Below are positions 1 through 7,682 of a DNA stretch of 51,753 bases, in pieces. The DNA lies in assembly GCA_023229725.1 (NCBI GenBank), contig JALNYR010000002.1, positions 1-51,753 of the forward strand, given 5' to 3'. Numbering within the stretch: position 1 is the first letter of the stretch; each line of letters begins with the position of its first letter. The notes beneath the pieces are model-generated. The model had not been told where the DNA came from and searched no databases. It worked only from the letters and a program-made list of their open reading frames with translations. Origin of the DNA: Dehalococcoidia bacterium (lineage in GTDB: Bacteria; Chloroflexota; Dehalococcoidia; GIF9; AB-539-J10). A program made the translations under genes and the position numbers.

Positions 1-47
1 ACGCCATACTCTACTGCGTCCGCGCGCCGCGCCCAAACAGCAGAACG

Positions 48-73
48 ATGGACGGAATGGACGGAGAGGAGAG
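48..73 (+). repeat. ATGGAC array A: 2 phased units followed by GGAGAGGAGAG
   Basis: ATGGACGGAATGGACGGAGAGGAGAG. The units start at 48 and 57 (9-bp phase). The array lies immediately 3' of the ACAD stop codon at 76..78. Confidence 0.7.
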
Positions 74-75
74 CG

Positions 76-1290
76 CTACCCCGCGAACTCCTTGCCGAAT
101 ATCTCCCGCGCCACGAGCATCTTCTGTATCTCGTTGGCGCCCTCATAGATCTCCGTTATCTTCGAGTCGCGGTACAGCTCCTCCACCTTGTACGTCGAGC
201 CGTCGTGCGAGAGCTGCCGCATGTAGCCGTAGCCGCCGAATATCTGCACGGCATCCCGCGCCAAGTCCACCGCCAGCTGCGTGCCGGTGAACTTCGCCAT
301 GGCCGCTTCGGGCTCCGGGAACTCAACGCCGAGGTCCTTGCGGTAGGCTGCCTTCTGGTACAGGCTGCGCGCCCCTTCGATGCGGGCGGCGTACTCGGCA
401 AGGCGGAACTGCCAGTACTGGAACTCGGCGAGCCGCTTGCCGAACGCAGTCCGCTTCTTCATGTAGTCGACGCACTCGTCGAAGGCGCGCTGCGCCATGC
501 CGACGCCGGTCGCGGCGATGCCCATTCGCCCGTACGTGAGCGTCCCCAGCGCGATGTGCAGGCCCCTGCCCGGCTCGCCGACCAGGTTCGACTCCGGCAC
601 GAAAGCGTTGTCCAGGTAGATGTCCGAGGTCAACTGACCGCGGTTCCCTGTCTTCAGGTCCGGCGCCCCCACCCGGACACCGTCCTGCTTCAGGTCGATG
701 ACCATCTCGCACAGCCGGCCGTCGGCCGCCACGAGGCACGTCACGAAATCGGCCACGCAGGCGTTGGTGATGAAGCGCTTCTGGCCGGTCACGCGCCAGC
801 CGCCGTCGACCTTCCGCGCGATGGTCTTCAGGCTGCGGATGGAGAGATCGGTGCTCGCCTCCGGCTCCGTCGTCGCGAAGCTGCCCACCTTCTCACCAGC
901 GATGAGCGGCTTGAGGTACCGGGCGCGCAACGCATCGTTCGCGTACATGAGTACGTGTCCGGCGAGGATGCAGTGCACGTCGATCACGGCCGCGACGCTG
1001 TCGCTCCCGTAGCCAAGCTCCTCCAGCATGACACACGTGTCGAGCACCGGATACTTGAGCCCCCGCCCCCACCCCGCCGGGAACGGGACCGCGTACAGGC
1101 CCTGCTTCGCCATCCGGTCGAAGGCGTCGCGCGGGAACGTCTCCCGGCTCTCGTCCTGGAGCGCGATGCGCGCCGCGACCGGCTCGACCTCCCTCTCCAC
1201 GAACTCACGGACCTCCTCCCGGATTGCCCGGGCTTCCTCCGGAAGGAATACCTCGTGCGAGAGCTTCGATTGCGTGCGTGGCGGCTGCAT
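76..1290 (-). CDS. acyl-CoA dehydrogenase family protein
   Basis: The ORF 76..1362 reads as a full-length ACAD: ...FATTEPEASTDL..., ...GRMGIAATGVGMAQRAF..., ...IFGGYGYM... and ...EIYEGANEIQK.... I trimmed the start to ATG 1290 (MQPPRTQ...), which has GGAGG 12 nt upstream. The longer N-terminal extension is Arg/Gly-rich and looks non-coding. Confidence 0.9.
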   Translation of the reverse strand: MQPPRTQSKLSHEVFLPEEARAIREEVREFVEREVEPVAARIALQDESRETFPRDAFDRMAKQGLYAVPFPAGWGRGLKYPVLDTCVMLEELGYGSDSVAAVIDVHCILAGHVLMYANDALRARYLKPLIAGEKVGSFATTEPEASTDLSIRSLKTIARKVDGGWRVTGQKRFITNACVADFVTCLVAADGRLCEMVIDLKQDGVRVGAPDLKTGNRGQLTSDIYLDNAFVPESNLVGEPGRGLHIALGTLTYGRMGIAATGVGMAQRAFDECVDYMKKRTAFGKRLAEFQYWQFRLAEYAARIEGARSLYQKAAYRKDLGVEFPEPEAAMAKFTGTQLAVDLARDAVQIFGGYGYMRQLSHDGSTYKVEELYRDSKITEIYEGANEIQKMLVAREIFGKEFAG

Positions 1291-1408
1291 CGTCTTCTGT
1301 GACCTCCTGCTTCCTGTTCGGTTCTCGGGAAGGGGTGCCGCGCCATCATAGTACGGCCCCACGCCCGCGTCCAGAAGGCCGCGGGCTGCGCGACGGCCGG
1401 AAGGGCGG

Positions 1409-1477
1409 ATGGACCGGAATGGACCTCATGGACCTGATGGACGGAGAGAGACCCGGAGCTGTGTCCATGGTGTCCAT
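1409..1477 (+). repeat. ATGGAC array B: 4 forward units, a spacer, then 2 inverted units
   Basis: ATGGAC at 1409, 1419, 1428 and 1437. Spacer GGAGAGAGACCCGGAGCTGT. GTCCAT at 1463 and 1472. Confidence 0.85.
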
Positions 1478-1494
1478 GCTGCCCGCAGGGTCTA

Positions 1495-2628
1495 TCATGG
1501 CGGCGCCTGGTTCTCGCTCTGCCGACGCTGCATCATCTTCCGGTAGGCCGGACCGGCTGTAGTCACGCCGAGCGGGAGGGGTTCCGCCGTCTGCCGGGCA
1601 GTGGGCGCGGGGTGGGACGCCCCGGCCGGGGGCGGCTTGCCGACGGAGGGGGCGGGAGACAGCCCGTGCGCCGCCCTCATCGACGCCTTGTCCAGCCAGG
1701 TCAGCAGCGCAAACCACGGGCGGTCAAGCACGCGCTTCTCGTAGAAGGCCGCGAACTTCTTGACCTCCAGCAGGTAGTCCACCCCCGGGTAGTCCGCCAG
1801 CTGCTCGCGCAGCCTCGCCCGGTCGCGGTCGCGGGGGAAGCCACTCACCCGCTCCAGGACATCAAACAGCCGGTCCTCGGCCGGGGCGGACGCGGCGTCT
1901 TCCTGTAGCGGCAGGCTCGCGCGCACGCCCGGGGCGGAGGCAGCGTCCTCCGGCAGCGGCACGCTCCCATGCCTGCCCGGGGCGGACGCGGCGTCCTCCT
2001 GTTGCGGCAGGCTCCCATGCCTGCCCGGGGATGCGCCATGATGTTTCCCGAGGTCATCCGGCGCTCCGGACCCGCTCTCTCCGTTCCTCTCGTTCCCCTT
2101 TCCCTTCGCGCGCGTGCTGCTGCTGCTTGCCGTAGTCTCTGCAGGAGTCTCTGAAGTAGTCTGTGCTGTAGTCTCTGTCTCTGGAGTGTCGAAACTCGAC
2201 ACATGGGTCTGTCGGCAGCCCTCACCCGGGCCTGTCGCCAGTCGACGTTCCGGCCTGACGGACTTCAGCGTTGCAGTCTGCGACATGAGAGCAGTTCGAA
2301 GCGCCGGAAGGTCAATGCGGAAGAACATGGTCCGCCTGCCATGAGCCTGACGGCACGCCTGGTGCAGCAGCCCGAGCTCGGCCAGAGTGCGGCGGGCCCG
2401 GTCCACCGTGGACCGCCCCATGCCAAGCTCCTCCTTCCACTCCGCGTGGGACTTGTAGACCCATCCGCCCGGGACAGTGGCGCGATCGGTCCAGTAGAGG
2501 AGTTGCGAAAGCAACAGCGCTGCAGACTGGTCTCCGGTCAGCTCGATGAACGCCCTGGGAACAACAAGAACGTTCTCGTATCCCTGGCGCTCCCTGATGA
2601 TGCCCAGCACCTCTTCGCGTGGCGTCAA
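1495..2628 (-). CDS. hypothetical winged-helix DNA-binding protein with an N-terminus resembling phage replication organizers (protein O / DnaD type)
   Basis: TTG start at 2628, preceded by AGGGAGG with a 5-nt spacer. The N-terminus ...FIELTGDQSAALLLSQLLYWTDR...GWVYKSHAEWKEELGMGRSTVDRARRTLAELGLL... has the wHTH pattern of replication-organizer proteins. The middle is acidic and Ser/Thr-rich, with three 16-aa repeats (GRHGSLPQQEDAASAP-like). The C-terminal ...VKKFAAFYEKRVLDRPWFALLTWLDKA is helical. The family assignment is by eye only. Confidence 0.6.
   Translation of the reverse strand: MTPREEVLGIIRERQGYENVLVVPRAFIELTGDQSAALLLSQLLYWTDRATVPGGWVYKSHAEWKEELGMGRSTVDRARRTLAELGLLHQACRQAHGRRTMFFRIDLPALRTALMSQTATLKSVRPERRLATGPGEGCRQTHVSSFDTPETETTAQTTSETPAETTASSSSTRAKGKGNERNGESGSGAPDDLGKHHGASPGRHGSLPQQEDAASAPGRHGSVPLPEDAASAPGVRASLPLQEDAASAPAEDRLFDVLERVSGFPRDRDRARLREQLADYPGVDYLLEVKKFAAFYEKRVLDRPWFALLTWLDKASMRAAHGLSPAPSVGKPPPAGASHPAPTARQTAEPLPLGVTTAGPAYRKMMQRRQSENQAPP
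1883..2026 (-). repeat. 3 x 48-bp in-frame tandem repeat inside the winged-helix gene
   Basis: The units start at 1883, 1931 and 1979 on the + strand. They encode three 16-aa repeats (…EDAASAPGRHGS(L/V)P…). Confidence 0.9.
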
Positions 2629-2653
2629 GCCGACCTCCCTGCGCTACCGTGTT

Positions 2654-2670
2654 GCATACTGTTAGTATGC
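2654..2670. promoter_or_regulatory. perfect 7-3-7 palindrome GCATACT-GTT-AGTATGC, candidate operator upstream of the winged-helix gene
   Basis: An AT-rich palindrome in a GC-rich background. It lies 14 nt upstream of the Shine-Dalgarno sequence of the gene starting at 2628 and is adjacent to -10-like hexamers (TATGAT / TAGCAT on the minus strand). Confidence 0.5.
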
Positions 2671-2714
2671 TATCATCATAGTGTTCAGGAGAACAAGGGT
2701 GGCGGTGAGAGCGA

Positions 2715-2804
2715 GTGGACAGAATGGACCCCATGGACTGGATGGACACACAACACCGGGCACGGCATTCAATCCGTGCCGTCTCTGCAGTCCACCCGGT
2801 CCAT
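2715..2804 (+). repeat. (A/G)TGGAC array C: 4 forward units, a GC hairpin, then 2 inverted units
   Basis: GTGGAC 2715, then ATGGAC at 2724, 2733 and 2742 (exact 9-bp phase). Hairpin GGCACGG-cattcaat-CCGTGCC at 2759..2780. GTCCAC 2790 and GTCCAT 2799. Confidence 0.85.
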
Positions 2805-3000
2805 TCCGCCGTCGGCAGGAGCCGCCAGGCGCTGAAGGCGGGACAACAGCAGCGCTTTGCGGCGCCGGCACGCCGGAACCCATTGCTTTGACGAATGCCC
2901 GGTGTTATGTTGACAGACAGTACTTTCGTTCTTGTTGCCCGGGAAGAGACACTCAGCCGTGGCGGTACTTCGTGAGCCGCCGCGCCGAAGGGAGCGCCAG

Positions 3001-6000
3001 ATGATGTCGGGAACACCGGTGCTTTCACGGTACCTTCCGCGCCCGCGAACAGTGCTCGCGGGCTTCTTTGTAGCCGTGCTGCTCCTTGCCTTCCTGCCTC
3101 AGCCACGCGTGAGCGCCGCCACGTACACGGTGACCAGCAACTACCCCGGTACAGGAACAGGAACGCTGCACTGGGCCGTCGACCAGGCCAACAGCAACCC
3201 CGGCGCCGACATCATCACTTTCGACATGGCAAGCATAGTCACCTCGTGGATTCTGTTCGACGGAGCGTGCGGTGACTACATCGGAGACCTCGGCGAGCTG
3301 CTGATTGCCGAGGACGTCACCATCACCGGACCAGGTTCTTCGCTTCTGAGCATCGAACAACGCCCGTCCAACTGCGATATCGTGCGGACACGCATCATAC
3401 ACATCAACGGGGCGACCGACGTCACAATCTCCGGTCTCACACTCCGGTATGGCGCCGCCCCCGACAACGCCGATGGCGCTGACGGCGGGCACGGCGGCGC
3501 CATCTACAATGAGACCGCCAATCTCACACTGACCGACTGCGTGCTCGTGAGCAGCCGCGCCGGCTCAGGAGGTGGAAGCAGCGGCGGCTCCGGGGGCGAC
3601 GGCGGCAGCGGCGGTGCTGTGTACTGCGCCGCGGGCGACCTCACCATTACCGGCTGCACATTCGACAACAACCATGCAGGCAACGGCGGTTCGTCCGGCT
3701 CGTATGATGGCTCCACCAGCGGGACGGGCGGCGGCGCGGGCGGAGACGGCGGCGCCATCTGCTTCCTCGGCGATGTGCTGACGATCGGCAGTACCACGTT
3801 CAGCAGCAACGTAGCGGGCGACGGCGGCAGGCTCTACCACTGCGCTGACGGCTCAATCGCCGGCAACGGAGGACGCGGCGGCGCTGTGTACGCCAACACC
3901 TGCACGTCCGTAGACATCACCGACGACTGCAGCTTCCAGAGCAACGTCGCCGGCAGAGGCGGATTCCAGGACCCCTGTGACGACCCGGACGAGCCCGGTG
4001 CCCCGGGGCTGAATGGCCTGGGTGGCTGGGGAGGAAGCGGCGGAGCAATCTACGTCAGCCACGAGGCCCTCACGCTGGAGCACTGCACGTTCAGCAACAA
4101 CCGCGCGGAGCGGGGAGGCAGCTCGCTGACACAGCAGGCGGGGCCGGGCGGCCTGGGCGGAGCGATGTACCATAGCGCCAACTGGCTCGACGTGGACTAC
4201 TGCACCTTCTCATCCAATATCGCCGGGGTAGGTGGCGAGGGACCTGAGGGCCTACGGGGAGCGGGAGGCCATGGCGGCGCCATCTACTGCAGCGGCGGCA
4301 CCGCGGACGTAGTCGGCTGCGCGTTCACATGGAACCACGGTGGCGCGGGCTGCGGAGACACGCCCGACGCGCCTGAACCCGGTGGTTTCGACGGCGCTTC
4401 GCCGGGAGGCTCGGGCGGAGCCATATACTCCCACTCCGGAGGACTCCTGTTGCAGGACACCCTGTTCGAAGGAAACGGCGCCGGCATGGGCGGCTACAGC
4501 GAATCGGTCGGCGGCTACGTCGACCACGGCAGCGGGGGCGCGGTCTGGTGCGACAACCAACCCATCTACGACGCCCTCAGCGCCGAGCGCTGCTCTTTCG
4601 TACGCAACTCTCCCAGCCTCAAAGGCGGGGCCATCTACGTCAACCAGGGCGCGGCGGAGCTGGTGAACTGCACCATCGCGGAAGGCTGGGCCCGTGAGGG
4701 CGGAGGCATCAGGGCCGCGGACGGAGTGCCGGTGCAGCTCAGCTTCTGCACTGTAGTCTGGAACCAGGCCGTGGACTATGGCGGGGGCATCTACGCGGAT
4801 GCCCTGGCCCTCAAGGGCTGCATCGTCGCGAACAACACCTTCTATGTGAGTTCGGGGACGGAGCCCTCACAGGGCACCGACGAGGACGGACTGGACATCT
4901 ACGACGGCGACGGCAGCAACCCCTTCAAGTCCGTCACGTCCCACGGGGGAAACGTCCTCGGCATCAGTTCCGGGTTCACCATGCAGCAGGTGGACCCATC
5001 CCCGAACGACGCCGTGGGTGTTGAGGCAGGGCTCGGCTCCCTGACCGACGCGTTTGACCCGCTCTACGTCTGCACGCTCCTGCTGGATAGCCCCGCGCTC
5101 GACTTCGTCCCGGTGGTCGACGGGACCACCATTGACGGAACCGCGGTCGATGTCGACCAGATACAGACATCACGTCCGCAGGACGGCGACCTCGACGGCA
5201 CGGCGCTGTGGGACAGCGGAGCATTCGAGAGCCGGATTCAGACAGCCACTGTCGCGTCGGATACGGGCAGCGGCGACATCACCGTTATCTTCAGCGATGC
5301 GGGCATCCTCGACGAGTTCAACGCAAGAGGCATCGACGAGGTGTGCTGCGAAGTCCCCGGGGGAGTCTACTTCCCTCATGGCTTGCTGGAGATAGTCATC
5401 ACAGGACTCGAGGATGAGGGATTCGAACCGGCGGAAGTGACGCTCACGCTCACCTATCCCGAGGATATACCGGAGGACGCGATGTACTGGAAGTGCGACC
5501 CCGTCGAGTGCGAGTGGGTCGACGTCACGGACCTCCTGGGCGACCACGATGGCGACAACGTGCTGACGCTCACGCTGACCGACGGCGACGACGGCGACAT
5601 GGACCAGAGCTGGAATGGCGAGATACACGACCCGGGCGGCGTGGTGCTGGCCGTGGAAGAAGAGGACGAAGAGCCGGAGAAGCGCCGCGAGCGGGAGGTG
5701 CCTCTCGAGCCCGCCAGCATGAACACGAACTACATGGCGTTGAGTGCGTACCAGGCGCTGCCCGGCCAGACGGTGCAGGTCTCCGTCAACGTCTGCAACG
5801 GCGGCGAGGTGAAGGGCAGCCGGAACGTGGTGCTGGCGGTGAACGGGGTCACCGAGCAGTCCCAGAGCATCAGCGTCTCGGGCGGCTCCTGCAAGACAGT
5901 CGTCTTCAACGTAGTGAAGGCTGTGCCGGGCACCTACGACATCGACATCAACGGCCAGCGCGCCCAGCTCACCGTGCTGGCGCCGCGGACCATCCAGGCG

Positions 6001-6108
6001 TCAGTGCCGTCAACGCAGGACACCGGCATCGGCACGGCGGGCATCATCGCGATTCTGGTGGTGATGGGCGCGCTCATCGGGGCGCTGGTGCTGGTGTTCA
6101 AGGGATAG
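3001..6108 (+). CDS. secreted, membrane-anchored parallel beta-helix surface protein (polymorphic-membrane-protein-type GGAIY/FxxN repeats, CARDB-like domain, C-terminal TM helix)
   Basis: ATGATG at 3001 with AAGGGAG 6 nt upstream. Signal-like segment ...VLAGFFVAVLLLAFLPQPRVSAATYTV. The motif GTLHWAVDQANSNPGADIITFD is followed by about 12 repeats of G-rich turn + GGA(I/V)Y ... C(T/S)F..N. A CARDB-like segment follows (LPGQTVQVSVNVCNGGEVKGSRNVVLAVNG...GTYDIDINGQ), then the terminal helix GIIAILVVMGALIGALVLVF. Confidence 0.85.
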   Translation: MMSGTPVLSRYLPRPRTVLAGFFVAVLLLAFLPQPRVSAATYTVTSNYPGTGTGTLHWAVDQANSNPGADIITFDMASIVTSWILFDGACGDYIGDLGELLIAEDVTITGPGSSLLSIEQRPSNCDIVRTRIIHINGATDVTISGLTLRYGAAPDNADGADGGHGGAIYNETANLTLTDCVLVSSRAGSGGGSSGGSGGDGGSGGAVYCAAGDLTITGCTFDNNHAGNGGSSGSYDGSTSGTGGGAGGDGGAICFLGDVLTIGSTTFSSNVAGDGGRLYHCADGSIAGNGGRGGAVYANTCTSVDITDDCSFQSNVAGRGGFQDPCDDPDEPGAPGLNGLGGWGGSGGAIYVSHEALTLEHCTFSNNRAERGGSSLTQQAGPGGLGGAMYHSANWLDVDYCTFSSNIAGVGGEGPEGLRGAGGHGGAIYCSGGTADVVGCAFTWNHGGAGCGDTPDAPEPGGFDGASPGGSGGAIYSHSGGLLLQDTLFEGNGAGMGGYSESVGGYVDHGSGGAVWCDNQPIYDALSAERCSFVRNSPSLKGGAIYVNQGAAELVNCTIAEGWAREGGGIRAADGVPVQLSFCTVVWNQAVDYGGGIYADALALKGCIVANNTFYVSSGTEPSQGTDEDGLDIYDGDGSNPFKSVTSHGGNVLGISSGFTMQQVDPSPNDAVGVEAGLGSLTDAFDPLYVCTLLLDSPALDFVPVVDGTTIDGTAVDVDQIQTSRPQDGDLDGTALWDSGAFESRIQTATVASDTGSGDITVIFSDAGILDEFNARGIDEVCCEVPGGVYFPHGLLEIVITGLEDEGFEPAEVTLTLTYPEDIPEDAMYWKCDPVECEWVDVTDLLGDHDGDNVLTLTLTDGDDGDMDQSWNGEIHDPGGVVLAVEEEDEEPEKRREREVPLEPASMNTNYMALSAYQALPGQTVQVSVNVCNGGEVKGSRNVVLAVNGVTEQSQSISVSGGSCKTVVFNVVKAVPGTYDIDINGQRAQLTVLAPRTIQASVPSTQDTGIGTAGIIAILVVMGALIGALVLVFKG

Positions 6109-6136
6109 CGACAGCACTTCATCGGAATACGACACA

Positions 6137-6170
6137 GGGGCGGTCTCCGGACCGCCCCTTTCTCATTCTG
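6137..6170 (+). terminator. intrinsic terminator after the surface-protein gene
   Basis: GGGGCGGTC-tccg-GACCGCCCC followed by TTTCTCATTCTG. Confidence 0.8.
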
Positions 6171-6211
6171 GACGCGACGTGGCCGGCACCGGTGGGCGGG
6201 TGTTGACCAGA

Positions 6212-6430
6212 TGGCGGGCGGGCATGGGAGCCCGCCCCTACGCCGGAGGGTGTGGACAGCAACGGTGGGCGTGAGACAGCCGGGTGGCGGGCGGGCATGG
6301 GAGCCCGCCCCTACGCCGGAGGGTGTGGACAGCAACGGTGGGCGTGAGACAGCCGGGTGGCGGGCGGGCGTGGGAGCCCGCCCCTACGCCGGAGGGTGTG
6401 GGCAGCAGCGGGGGGCGTGAGACAACCGGA
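6212..6430 (+). repeat. 3 x 73-bp tandem repeat, each unit containing one REP-like hairpin
   Basis: The unit TGGCGGGCGGGCATGGGAGCCCGCCCCTACGCCGGAGGGTGTGGACAGCAACGGTGGGCGTGAGACAGCCGGG starts at 6212, 6285 and 6358. The third copy is slightly diverged. Confidence 0.95.
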
Positions 6431-6717
6431 TGGCGGGCGGGCACGTGCAACGTGCCCCCACACGAAGACATCCCGTTCACCCTACCATGTCGGTGTGGGA
6501 ACCGACCCCTGCGAGAATGGTGCGCGTGGGCAACGATGGCGGGCGCGGGACAAACGAATGACGTTTAACGTGGGGATGAGGAAGGTCCGACGTAGGGGCA
6601 CGTTGCACGTGCCCAGGGGCGGACGCGGTGTTCGAACGCAGGGGAAAGGTCACGGCGGAAACGTCGACCGCGGGCGCGCAGCCATCCGGATGGCGGGCAC
6701 GTGCAACGTGCCCCTAC
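6431..6717. repeat. three further REP-like hairpins sharing the stem GGGCACG/CGTGCCC (forward, reverse, forward)
   Basis: Forward copy 6431..6471 (CCCCAC tail variant). Reverse copy GTAGGGGCACGTTGCACGTGCCC at 6592..6614. Forward copy CCGGATGGCGGGCACGTGCAACGTGCCCCTAC at 6686..6717. Confidence 0.9.
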
Positions 6718-7682
6718 GTTCGGGCGCAAGCCATCTGCGCGTGGCAGGCCACCGAATGGCCGGGAGATACCTCGCGGAGGGGCGGGGCGGCGTGGTGACA
6801 GTCGTGGAGGTGGTGCGGGCAAGCATGGAGGTAGGAGCAGCCTTCCTCAGCCTCGTGCAGATGCTCATGGACGCCTTCCAGCAACGGCGCGTCGGGCAGT
6901 CGCGCCTCGAGGCCGAAGAGGAACCGCGTGTACGGGTGCAGCGCCTCGCGCTCGAAGGCCTCGCCGCCGGCAAGCTCCACAAAGCGGCCCCGGTGCATCA
7001 CGGCGATGCGGTCGGCCGCGTAGGACACCGTGGCAAGGTCGTGCGAGATGAGTATGAGCGTCAGCCCGCGTTTCCGCTTGAGCTGCAACAGGAGCGACAG
7101 CATCTGCGTCGACACGAGCGGGTCGAGCCCCGAGGTCGGCTCGTCCGCAATGAGCAGCGCGGGTTCCAGCAGCAGGGCACGGGCGAGGGCGACCCTCCTG
7201 CGCTGGCCGCCGGACAGCTCCGTGGGGTGGCGCTCCATGAACGACGCCGACAGGTTCACCCGGCCGAGGGCCGCCGCGATGCGGTCGCGCCGTGAGGTCG
7301 CATCGCCCAGCCCGTGGATGAGCAGCGGCTCCTCGAGGATGTCGGCGACGTGCTGGCGCGGGTCGAGGGTCGAATCCGCGTCCTGGAACACGGGCTGCAC
7401 CTCGCGGCGGAACTGCTTCAGCTCCGCTTTGTCCATGGCGAAGACGTCCCGGCCGCGGCAGCGCACGCTGCCGCCGTTCGGCTCGACCAGTCGCAGCACG
7501 GTCCGGGCGAGCGTGGTCTTGCCGGAGCCGCTCTCTCCCACGACGCCGAAGACCTCGCCCTCCGCGACTGCGAATGAGACGCCGTCGACCGCTCTGATGA
7601 CGTGATCCGGGTGGTGATACCGCGCCAGCGGGTTGTGGCGCACCACGAAGTGGAGGCGCAGGTTACGGACGTCGAGCATCAT
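6714..7682 (-). CDS. oligopeptide/dipeptide-type ABC transporter ATP-binding protein (OppF/DppF-like)
   Basis: Walker A GESGSGKTT, signature LSGGQRRRVALARAL, Walker [13 protein letters not shown], and a C-terminal HPYT oligopeptide-ABC extension. Start ATGATG at 7682 overlaps the upstream TGA stop (ATGA coupling). Confidence 0.9.
   Translation of the reverse strand: MMLDVRNLRLHFVVRHNPLARYHHPDHVIRAVDGVSFAVAEGEVFGVVGESGSGKTTLARTVLRLVEPNGGSVRCRGRDVFAMDKAELKQFRREVQPVFQDADSTLDPRQHVADILEEPLLIHGLGDATSRRDRIAAALGRVNLSASFMERHPTELSGGQRRRVALARALLLEPALLIADEPTSGLDPLVSTQMLSLLLQLKRKRGLTLILISHDLATVSYAADRIAVMHRGRFVELAGGEAFEREALHPYTRFLFGLEARLPDAPLLEGVHEHLHEAEEGCSYLHACPHHLHDCHHAAPPLREVSPGHSVACHAQMACART

Noticed and set aside
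1409-1477. Translation of the 9-bp ATGGAC arrays as Met-Asp-X repeat peptides (ORFs 48..290 and 1224..1562 read MDGMDG / MDLMDLMDG).
   Set aside because: The frames are not consistent between arrays. There is no Shine-Dalgarno sequence. The surrounding ORF sequence is low-complexity Arg/Pro/Ser, and one array lies in the opposite orientation inside a REP cluster.
1495-2628. A prophage, plasmid or integrative-element island around the replication-organizer-like gene.
   Set aside because: No integrase, recombinase, helicase/primase, structural or partition genes are present. No tRNA or att-like duplication was recognised. The neighbouring genes are ordinary metabolic and surface genes. I therefore reported only an isolated gene plus its flanking arrays.
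6212-6471. A possible CRISPR array suggested by regularly spaced palindromic repeats.
   Set aside because: The whole 73-bp unit repeats, so there are no unique spacers. No cas genes or leader are present. The same hairpin element is dispersed singly elsewhere, so REP/BIME-like is the better description.
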